Shown here piece by piece: positions 1 to 7,139 of a DNA stretch of 15,547 bases (position 1 is the first letter of the stretch; every line of letters begins with the position of its first letter). Source of the DNA: Promethearchaeota archaeon (GTDB lineage: Archaea; Asgardarchaeota; Lokiarchaeia; Sigyniarchaeales; SOKP01); the NCBI GenBank assembly GCA_048938445.1, contig JBHLME010000109.1:1-15547 (forward strand). Direction: 5' to 3'. Made by a program: the position numbers and the translations under genes. The notes beneath the pieces are model-generated. The model made no database searches. It was not told the origin of the DNA and worked only from the letters and a program-made list of their open reading frames with translations.

Positions 1-2
1 CC

Positions 3-137
3 CCTCCTCAATTTTTAACACCCCCCCCTCCTGCATATAGTTCCAGAAAAGATCCCATAGCAAACAGTCCTAGCGCAAGAGCCGCAGTATTACAAGAATT
101 ACAAAGTTTATTTGAAAAAAGAAAGAAGCTAAAGTAA
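3..137 (+). CDS. 3' end of a proline-rich protein with an amphipathic/basic C-terminal helix (5'-truncated by the window)
   Basis: Not in the ORF track. The frame from base 3 reads PPQFLTPPPPAYSSRKDPIANSPSARAAVLQELQSLFEKRKKLK, then TAA (135-137). It is more GC-rich than the following spacer and converges on the kelch gene. Confidence 0.75.
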   Translation, partial: PPQFLTPPPPAYSSRKDPIANSPSARAAVLQELQSLFEKRKKLK

Positions 138-225
138 ATAAAAAATTTCGTTTATTTAAGGAAATTCAAGATAATATTGTCTAAATCAAGTCATTTTAAA
201 GAAAAAAAATATAATGTTGTATGAT

Positions 226-1671
226 TTAACTCACTAAATCGGGATCATATTTCCACAAGTCATTTAAATACCCCATTCTTAACAATCCTTCTGCTGGAAA
301 ACCTTCACCACCAAAGAGCCAAAGTTTATTTTTAGAATCCGCCCAAGAAATGGCGCCCACTCGGGCTCCAGGTCGGCATCCTGGACTATAGACGCCCTTG
401 GTGCCATATATACCATAACTACGATATCCGGTTATTTCACTACCTCCTGATAACCATGTCCAATTTTCACCATCAAATTTCCATAGATCATAGTTCCAAC
501 TCGCTGAATTTAGTGTAAGTGATCCAAAACCACCAAATAAGTAGAAATTATCATCAGAATCCGTCCAAGAGACAGCTCCATATTTACTCCCGGGATAATT
601 TCGTGAATCAGGAATAAATTTCGTTCCAAATACTCCAGGTTGGTTGAGTGTATCATTTCCCGAGATCCAAGTCCAGTTTCCACCGTCAAATTTCCATAGA
701 TCGTTTAATTTGTAAGGATAATCTCGTATTGAATATTTGTCTACCCCACCTCCAAAGAGCCAGAGATTATCATCACTGTCAATCCAAGAAACGGCATCTG
801 TCCTACTTCCGGGATTATTTGAGGGATCTGGAATACCCTTGGTGCCATATACCCCATAATCCGTTCCTACAGCATATCCCGACACCCATGTCCAATTTTC
901 ACCGTCAAATTTCCAAAGATCCCTTAAATATCCCGCCTCTCCTGATTCAGAATATCCCTCTCCCCCATAGAGCCAGAGATTACTATCAGAATCGATCCAT
1001 GAGACGGCATCAGTTCTACTCCCGGGATAATTTAGAGGATCTGGAACACCTTTCATTCCATATACTCCATGTGCATCATGTGTATTATTTCCTGAGATCC
1101 ACGTCCAATTCATTCCGTCAAATTTCCACAAGTCATTTAAATATGCCAATTCTCCCGATTCGTTCAGTCCTTCACCGCCGAAAAGCCAAAGATTATCATC
1201 AGAATCGATCCAAGAAATAGAACCCCTTCTCCCTCCGGGTTTATTAGATGCATCAGGGATACCTTTTTCACCATACACGCTACTGACATTTGCAGTATTA
1301 TCTCCTGACATCCATGTCCAATAAAAACCATCAAATTTCCAGAGGTCATTCAAATATCCACACCTTCGATATACATATTCTTGATTTTCTGCACCGCCAA
1401 AAAGCCAGAGATTATCATTTGAATCAGTCCAAGAGACGGCACCTTCTCTACTCCCAGGACATGTTATTAGACTTGGCACACCTTTCGTCCCATATATACC
1501 GTAAGCACCTGGAAAGTGATTTCCCGAAATCCAAGTCCATCCAAATTCATTATATGGGTTGCTGGATGTGTTAATCAAAAAATAGAACACACTTATAACA
1601 CCAAGAGAAGATCCTACCATGATAATAACTAAAATGATAGCTTTACGTTTCTTTTCCATTTTTTTCACCAT
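226..1671 (-). CDS. Membrane-anchored kelch/galactose oxidase-like beta-propeller protein (6 repeats)
   Basis: Basic N-terminus (KKRK) and one hydrophobic helix (AIILVIIMVGSSLGVISVFYFLI), then six ~71-73 aa repeats WTWxSG...YGxKGxP...PGxRxxAVSWxDSxDNLWLFGG...NDLWKFDG, with the kelch-type GG and W. ATG at 1671 or 1659 is more likely than the track's TTG at 1695. Confidence 0.88.
   Translation of the reverse strand: MVKKMEKKRKAIILVIIMVGSSLGVISVFYFLINTSSNPYNEFGWTWISGNHFPGAYGIYGTKGVPSLITCPGSREGAVSWTDSNDNLWLFGGAENQEYVYRRCGYLNDLWKFDGFYWTWMSGDNTANVSSVYGEKGIPDASNKPGGRRGSISWIDSDDNLWLFGGEGLNESGELAYLNDLWKFDGMNWTWISGNNTHDAHGVYGMKGVPDPLNYPGSRTDAVSWIDSDSNLWLYGGEGYSESGEAGYLRDLWKFDGENWTWVSGYAVGTDYGVYGTKGIPDPSNNPGSRTDAVSWIDSDDNLWLFGGGVDKYSIRDYPYKLNDLWKFDGGNWTWISGNDTLNQPGVFGTKFIPDSRNYPGSKYGAVSWTDSDDNFYLFGGFGSLTLNSASWNYDLWKFDGENWTWLSGGSEITGYRSYGIYGTKGVYSPGCRPGARVGAISWADSKNKLWLFGGEGFPAEGLLRMGYLNDLWKYDPDLVS
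240..1545 (-). repeat. Intragenic tandem repeats (~213-219 nt period) encoding the propeller blades
   Basis: Near-identical DNA blocks such as tccaattttcaccRtcaaatttcca recur at about 459, 672 and 891, with further variants near 1104 and 1317. Confidence 0.85.
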
Positions 1672-1907
1672 TTTTGATTTTCTGTTTATTCTCAAAAGAA
1701 TGTCTTGTCTTTTTTTAATAAGACTTGAATTATAACATTAGCCTGTTTTATATCTTATTTAGTTTTAATTAGATCATGATGATATATAAAGCTTAAAAAT
1801 TTTGTAATATTTTCAAAATTTCTAATATTGTTATAAAAAAATCCTTAATTTATTTGAAAAAAGAAAGAAATTTAAATAAAAATTGAAAATAAATATATGT
1901 TTTATTT

Positions 1908-2591
1908 TTATTTCTTTATTCCATTAATATTAATGAATTTGACTCCATTATCAACCATATCTCTCAAGGAATTAGAGATATTTCCTTCAGGTGCATCAAT
2001 ACCTTTAGCCAAATCAATAAAAAAATGTACTTCAAAACCTAATTTAAGACCATCAATGGCAGTATAATAACAACAATAATCTAAAGCTAAACCTGCTATA
2101 AAAATTCTTTTTATATTCAAGGATTTTAAATAACCTGCTAATCCCGTTTCTGTTTTTTGATCATTTTCAAGAAAAGCTGAATAACTATCAATGTTAGGAT
2201 TAGTTCCCTTTCTAATTATCAGGGCGCCCCACACAGTTTCTAAATTATCATGAAATCGTGCACCTTCAGTTCCTTGAACACAATGATCTGGCCATAAAAT
2301 GGGGCCAATTGAACCATCATCTGATTGAAATTCATCTCCGGGTTCCTTTCCAGGATGCATGCTAGCAAATGAAAGGTGATTTCTTGGATGCCAATCTTGA
2401 GTAAAAACTATTTTGGCATTTTTTTCATAGAAAATTGTGGCTATGTGATTAATATTTTCTATAATTGTATCTCCTTCTTCTACAGGCAGCGCTCCACCCG
2501 GTATAAAATCATTTTGTATGTCTACGACAATGAAGGCATCATTTTCATTAACACTTATGTTTTTTTCAAGACTTAAATCATCTAAATCCAT
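1908..2591 (-). CDS. pncA: Nicotinamidase/pyrazinamidase (isochorismatase family)
   Basis: Motifs VVDIQNDFIPGGALPV (catalytic Asp), TQDWHP and WPDHCVQG (metal ligands), IRKG (catalytic Lys), DSYSAF and GLALDYC (catalytic Cys). Confidence 0.95.
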   Translation of the reverse strand: MDLDDLSLEKNISVNENDAFIVVDIQNDFIPGGALPVEEGDTIIENINHIATIFYEKNAKIVFTQDWHPRNHLSFASMHPGKEPGDEFQSDDGSIGPILWPDHCVQGTEGARFHDNLETVWGALIIRKGTNPNIDSYSAFLENDQKTETGLAGYLKSLNIKRIFIAGLALDYCCYYTAIDGLKLGFEVHFFIDLAKGIDAPEGNISNSLRDMVDNGVKFININGIKK

Positions 2592-2662
2592 AACAAAATC
2601 CTAGATTTCTTTTATTAATAAATATATAAGAAACTATTATGAATGCAATTCTTATTAAATTT

Positions 2663-3313
2663 TTATATTTTTTTATAAAGAGTATATGATGATATGACAA
2701 GAATCCATAACATGATAGAAAAAACCATCATCCATTCTGTAATAGGGACTAGATATTGTGTAAAAGGATATATAATTGATATTAAAATAAGTATTAATAA
2801 AAATGCCATCATAAAAGCAGGTATAAAAGCAAATAATGCGATAAAATTTGAATATTTCGAACATTTTATGATTAAATATCCAAATATCGTACAATATATT
2901 ACACCAGTAACCCATGTCAATAAGGCGGTTATGTAATGTAAAATACCTATATAAAGATTGTTTTGATCCGCGGGGAGAACTCCAATCAGAGCCATTAGAA
3001 TACTTGAGATAATAGAGAAAATTATTGCTCCTTTAATAATTCGTTTATCTAAATCTTCTTCATAAAATGAAATTCCAACATACAGGTATAAAATCACTCC
3101 AAAAATACCCGAAAAAATTAATCCAAAATTAAAAATAAGGGCTCCAGGCCCCACTCCTAAAGTACTAACCATATCATGTAAAATACTATATCCTGGGTAT
3201 AAATAAATGGCAATAAAATCACAGATTAAGAAAACTACAGTTGAAACTAAACCAAAAATACCTCCTGGAATAATCTTAAAAAATTTGCTTAATATATCAA
3301 TATAGTTTCCCAT
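2663..3313 (-). CDS. Polytopic membrane protein, DUF998 / Frag1-DRAM-Sfk1-like
   Basis: About 6 hydrophobic helices. YPGYS....VSTLG follows TM1, then FNFGLI, IGVLP and a conserved-type H...A in TM4, with a late EW. The pattern is typical of DUF998-like proteins. Confidence 0.72.
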   Translation of the reverse strand: MGNYIDILSKFFKIIPGGIFGLVSTVVFLICDFIAIYLYPGYSILHDMVSTLGVGPGALIFNFGLIFSGIFGVILYLYVGISFYEEDLDKRIIKGAIIFSIISSILMALIGVLPADQNNLYIGILHYITALLTWVTGVIYCTIFGYLIIKCSKYSNFIALFAFIPAFMMAFLLILILISIIYPFTQYLVPITEWMMVFSIMLWILVISSYTLYKKI

Positions 3314-3390
3314 GAATATTCAAATATATTAAACTTTAAATTATTTTACGCTTAAAAACCTTTAAATTTTGGGTTATTAAAGGCTATTAA

Positions 3391-3993
3391 TTAGACTTCT
3401 TTTAAAATTAGTTTAGATAAGTGAATAATAAGTTCCTTAATTCCTTGTTTGGTTTTTCCAGATCCTTCAAATACTTTTTCGTCAATTAATTCTGAGATTT
3501 TTTCGCATCCTTGAAAGTCATCTTTATCTGATTTATTTGCAATGATAATTATTGGGATTTTTTTTTCTATAAATGCTTTAGTTTCATCCAAAGCTTCTTT
3601 AGCACCAGATAAACTCTCCAAGTCACAACCATCTATTAAAAAAATCACACCATCACATCCTTTTGATAAAATTTCCCGAATAACAGAAAATTGAGTCTTT
3701 CCGGGAACTCCTTTTAACTCGATATCTTTTTTAAACCATCCGATATAATCCTCTTTTTTCGATTCATATTCGGATTCATTAAATATTTCTCCAATAGTCT
3801 CTTTTTCTAAATCTCGGCGTATCCAAATCAACCTTCCTAAATCAAATCCTGTAGTTGTTTCAGTTTTTTCTTCTGAAACGGCATGAATTAATTTTTTTTC
3901 TATGATAATCGCATCATTATCAAGAGATTGAATTAGTGTAGTTTTTCCCGAATTAAAATATCCAGTTATTAAAATTTTAATTGGTTTAATCAA
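3391..3993 (-). CDS. Small Ras-superfamily P-loop GTPase, MglA/CvnD-like, divergent G3
   Basis: G1 GYFNSGKTT, G2 region TTTGFDLG, G3-equivalent GVPGK, G4 ANKSD, G5-like GSGK. TTG start. Confidence 0.88.
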   Translation of the reverse strand: MIKPIKILITGYFNSGKTTLIQSLDNDAIIIEKKLIHAVSEEKTETTTGFDLGRLIWIRRDLEKETIGEIFNESEYESKKEDYIGWFKKDIELKGVPGKTQFSVIREILSKGCDGVIFLIDGCDLESLSGAKEALDETKAFIEKKIPIIIIANKSDKDDFQGCEKISELIDEKVFEGSGKTKQGIKELIIHLSKLILKEV

Positions 3994-4464
3994 TATGAAG
4001 AACTCGATTAAGTTATTAATTATAAGTTTCTAAATAATATAAAGTAACAATTTTTACTATTTAAATGTTTATCAGATAATTCAGAATCGCTTAGAGGAAC
4101 CTTAAGATTTCAAATTTGAAGTAATTTTTTTTCTCAATAAGATTTTATTTACATACTAGTTTTATATATGTTACCTAATATGATTTATATTGATAATAAT
4201 GAATTTAAGAAATCAACGACTCTTGTTAATCCTGAGTGCTATTATAATAACTGTAATAGTTATAATTATTGTAATAAATATCCCAAACATCATTATATTA
4301 ATAGAACAGGCAATAGAACAGAATACTCCATGTCCATGATCTTAAAGAAATAATTGATATTTTAATAAACAAAAAACCGATAAGAATGATTTTCATGAGA
4401 AAAATTATAGTCATGAAAGAACTACCCTCGCAAGGGTTTCGGAAAACATTAATAATTCAAATAA

Positions 4465-4472
4465 TTTATAAA
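4465..4472 (+). promoter_or_regulatory. Putative TATA box of the tRNA-Gly gene
   Basis: TTTATAAA lies 24-31 nt upstream of the mature tRNA 5' end, which fits archaeal spacing. The AT-rich background limits specificity. Confidence 0.45.
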
Positions 4473-4495
4473 AAATTAATGCTTTAATAAAGTAA

Positions 4496-4566
4496 GCGCT
4501 CGTAGTATAGTGGTAGAATCTCTGGTTCCCAACCAGAGGGCGCGGGTTCAATTCCCGCCGGGCGCA
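4496..4566 (+). tRNA. tRNA-Gly(CCC), intronless, CCA not encoded
   Basis: Acceptor stem GCGCTCG/CGGGCGC, D loop AGTGGTA, anticodon stem TCTGG/CCAGA with loop TT-CCC-AA (anticodon 4528-4530), T arm GCGGG-TTCAATT-CCCGC, discriminator A (archaeal/eukaryotic Gly type). Confidence 0.97.
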
Positions 4567-4660
4567 TGTTATTTCTATATACATTATATATGCTTTTTAA
4601 CTAATTTGATATTAGTATGTATAATTTTCCTTTTATGTCGGATGAACTCTCAATAGAAAA

Positions 4661-4702
4661 TTTTTTTTTAGAAAAAAAAAGAGAGAGATATACATCGTAT
4701 AT
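4661..4702. terminator. Back-to-back T9/A9 tracts with a small hairpin, a likely bidirectional termination zone
   Basis: T9-AG-A9 at 4661-4680 lies between the convergent tRNA (+) and the 7TM operon (-). ATATAC-ATC-GTATAT (4688-4702) precedes the T tract on the minus strand. Confidence 0.45.
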
Positions 4703-4872
4703 TTTTGTCGGGGGAATCCTGCTAAGCCCTTTATCTAATGATTTCAACATAATTTCATTACTTTTTCTCATTTTGGAGAAATTCTTAAAATAATGAAGTT
4801 CTATCTTCTCATATTTTTTATTTAATGACTTAATGCTTACTTCTTCGACTTTAACATAAAATAAAAAAAAAA

Positions 4873-5136
4873 TTATGGACTTATAGTAAAAAGAATTTGA
4901 TTATCTATAAGTTTAGCCATCAGAAGGTTTACAATTTCATCACTATTATCAATATTACTCTTGACGAGTCTTGATTTTAAATATTTTGTAAATACTTCTT
5001 TATATTCTTTAAAATTAGAAGTAGAAGGATCTAAACTGGCATCTCTAAATGCTAGCCTAATCATACCATTACAAGCCAAATGCTTTACTCCTGTCTTTTC
5101 AGATAAAATTTGTCCGTAAACACTAATGAAATCCAT
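4873..5136 (-). CDS. Small soluble, probably all-helical hypothetical protein (87 aa), partner of the 7TM protein
   Basis: The ATG is 3 nt after the upstream stop, with an SD-like GGAGGGA at 5149-5143. Amphipathic helical pattern (GMIRLAFRD, YKEVFTKYLKSRL). A T tract follows the stop on the minus strand. Confidence 0.8.
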   Translation of the reverse strand: MDFISVYGQILSEKTGVKHLACNGMIRLAFRDASLDPSTSNFKEYKEVFTKYLKSRLVKSNIDNSDEIVNLLMAKLIDNQILFTISP

Positions 5137-5139
5137 GAT

Positions 5140-5874
5140 TCATCCCTCCATGAAGCTTTTCATTATTTCATCTTCCGAGAGCTCATCCTTTTCTACTTCG
5201 GGATTATAATTACGATTCAACCACTTTTTCAAGCCCTTTGGTTGGATCCATGCTAAAGATTGAGAAATTATATTCAAGAATATAAATATTGACAGTATTA
5301 TTTGAGCCACCATCGCACTTCGGTCAACTGCATAGAAAGGATATATTACTCCCATAAACCCATAAGAAATTTCAGATAAAATGATTAATAAATATCTCGT
5401 TTTTATCCTTGGTTCAACAAATTGATTGTGTCTAATTTTTCTGTAAGGTCCGATAAGAGCATACGAAATCGATCCATGAACGATGATAAGATTTATACCG
5501 TTAAATATTTCTGTTCCATATAACACCAGGATATGAGAATTAATTCCTAAATAATATAGTCCTCCAAGAGTCAGTTGTATTATTGAAGTAGGAATCAGTA
5601 TTATTAGCAATATCCAAAGAGGATTTTTTTTATCTTTAAAGAGAGCAGTTGATATGAAAAGCACTAATATCACATGATTAAATGGTGTCATGACTATGGA
5701 TAGATAGGTAGACACTGTAAAAATAATATAATTGAAAGCTTCTCCATAAAAGTAAATAGATAGAAGATATAAATTTTTTATTCTATTTTTTTTAGCATGG
5801 AACAGAATAGCTGTTCCTATCAGAGCCCTAATTATTACTAAAAGAATTTGTACACTAAGAAATATAATTTCCAT
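5140..5874 (-). CDS. Seven-transmembrane hypothetical protein (sensor/receptor-like)
   Basis: Seven hydrophobic segments (approx. aa 3-26, 35-55, 57-79, 86-111, 115-141, 161-183, 188-210). Basic loops follow TM1, TM3 and TM5, an amphipathic PKGLKKWLNR follows TM7, and the tail is acidic (ELSEDEIM). Confidence 0.82.
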   Translation of the reverse strand: MEIIFLSVQILLVIIRALIGTAILFHAKKNRIKNLYLLSIYFYGEAFNYIIFTVSTYLSIVMTPFNHVILVLFISTALFKDKKNPLWILLIILIPTSIIQLTLGGLYYLGINSHILVLYGTEIFNGINLIIVHGSISYALIGPYRKIRHNQFVEPRIKTRYLLIILSEISYGFMGVIYPFYAVDRSAMVAQIILSIFIFLNIISQSLAWIQPKGLKKWLNRNYNPEVEKDELSEDEIMKSFMEG

Positions 5875-6170
5875 TGTATATCATTTAAAATTTTTTTTTT
5901 TTAACTAGTACTGCTTTTTATTAATAAATATTTGTGTAAACTAATATGAAGCTAGTTTCTAGGGAGTCTGTCTTAGGTAAATTAGTAATCCATACTAACT
6001 TCAATGAGATTAATTCTAAATTTTGAATCATATTTAATTCTTGTCTCGAACCATTTCCTACATTGGAAGATTCAGGAATTTTAATTTGATTAATTTCTTT
6101 AACCAGAAAGGTTTACTAGTAGGGATGAGTAGAATTTCCTTTTTTGTCAACTAAGTATATAATAGAAAGT

Positions 6171-6198
6171 ATTTTTTTTACCATAGGGTAAAAAAAAT
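6171..6198. promoter_or_regulatory. Perfect 12-bp inverted repeat (operator or hairpin) in the divergent intergenic region
   Basis: ATTTTTTTTACC-ATAG-GGTAAAAAAAAT. The repeat is directly visible, but its function is inferred. Confidence 0.5.
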
Positions 6199-6367
6199 TA
6201 GTATCCATATATCCACGGTATATATTTATCGGCTTTATCTCACCAGGTGTATAAATCTAAATACTTTAATAAACAATTATAAATCTTTTTAAAAAAAAAT
6301 TAAAATATATTCATAGTCTATAATATTATGATTTCTTAAAAAAATTTCGAATAATAATTAACTTTTT

Positions 6368-7111
6368 GTGATGAATATTTCAAAAGAAGAAAAAAAAATT
6401 GATGATACAAAAAAATATATTGGATTTAATGTTTCTGAAGAAACTAAAGATTTTTGGCAAAATTTTGCAAATGAAAATAAAATATCCACAATTTCAAAAT
6501 TAATCCGCCAAAGTGTAGATTTTTACATAAAAATGAAGCCTAAAATGGATTTTTTGGAGAATATCGACAAAATTACTCATGGATTTAAGGAACCTTTAAC
6601 TGCGATTAAGGGGTACTCTCAACTATTAATAGAAGATTATAAAGACGAGTTAGATTGGGACATTTTACTCAAAATTAAAAATATCTTTGATGAGAGTTTA
6701 AAGCTTGAAAAAAAGATTAGTGATGCTATCGAACAGATTTCAACTGAAGATATTATTTTTGATGTTCTAATAATTGATGATGATGATTCAACCATTAATT
6801 TATTAAAAGATTATTTTGATACTAAGGGGTATTCAACCAAGGAAGTGGCAAAGGGAAAAGAAGCACTCATATTATTGAAGAAAAATGTACCTAAACTAAT
6901 AATGCTAGACGTTTTATTACCAGATATCAATGGTTATGAGGTATGTAATAAAATACGTTCTGAACTAAATTTAAAGGATATTCCTATATTTTACATTACC
7001 GCTGTTCCGGAAGGGGAAGTGCGTGAAAAGATAAAAGAAACAGGTGCAAATGGTTATTTTATCAAACCATTTGATTTAAAAAATTTTACTAAATTAAAGT
7101 CTTATTTATAA
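6368..7111 (+). CDS. Response regulator with N-terminal ribbon-helix-helix and HisKA-like domains (RHH-HisKA-REC)
   Basis: KYIGFNVSEETKDFWQNFA...TISKLIRQSVDFYI has the RHH strand-helix-helix pattern. THGFKEPLTAIKGYSQLL is H-box-like (His71). The REC domain has IIDDD, MLD181VLLPDINGYEV, ITA and IKPF. No HATPase domain. Start is GTG 6368 or ATG 6371. Confidence 0.9.
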   Translation: MMNISKEEKKIDDTKKYIGFNVSEETKDFWQNFANENKISTISKLIRQSVDFYIKMKPKMDFLENIDKITHGFKEPLTAIKGYSQLLIEDYKDELDWDILLKIKNIFDESLKLEKKISDAIEQISTEDIIFDVLIIDDDDSTINLLKDYFDTKGYSTKEVAKGKEALILLKKNVPKLIMLDVLLPDINGYEVCNKIRSELNLKDIPIFYITAVPEGEVREKIKETGANGYFIKPFDLKNFTKLKSYL

Positions 7112-7139
7112 ATTACTTTAGAGTTTAAAAAGTAAGAAG

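Noticed and set aside
648-1574. ORFs 648-1220 (+), 1290-1574 (+) and 1164-1349 (-)
   Set aside because: Shadow frames of the kelch gene. Their apparent repeats only mirror the kelch repeats.
2376-2936. ORFs 2376-2576 (+), 2673-2915 (-) and 2694-2936 (+)
   Set aside because: They lie within pncA or the DUF998-like gene and show no recognisable motifs.
4168-4353. 61-aa Asn/Tyr/Cys-rich plus-strand ORF
   Set aside because: Low-complexity product of AAT/TAT-rich DNA with no convincing motif.
4735-4835. Fluoride riboswitch-like words (CTAATGATTTCAAC; TAATGAAGTTC...TAATGACTT) and SECIS-like ATGA...GA
   Set aside because: The required stems are missing or too short. No plus-strand gene follows for a riboswitch, and no selenoprotein-like gene is evident.
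4496-4872. tRNA as the attachment site of an integrated element
   Set aside because: I saw no duplicated tRNA 3' end, integrase or transposase in the window.
5140-5874. Rhodopsin or heliorhodopsin call for the 7TM protein
   Set aside because: No retinal-binding Lys in TM7 and no recognisable rhodopsin helix C motif.
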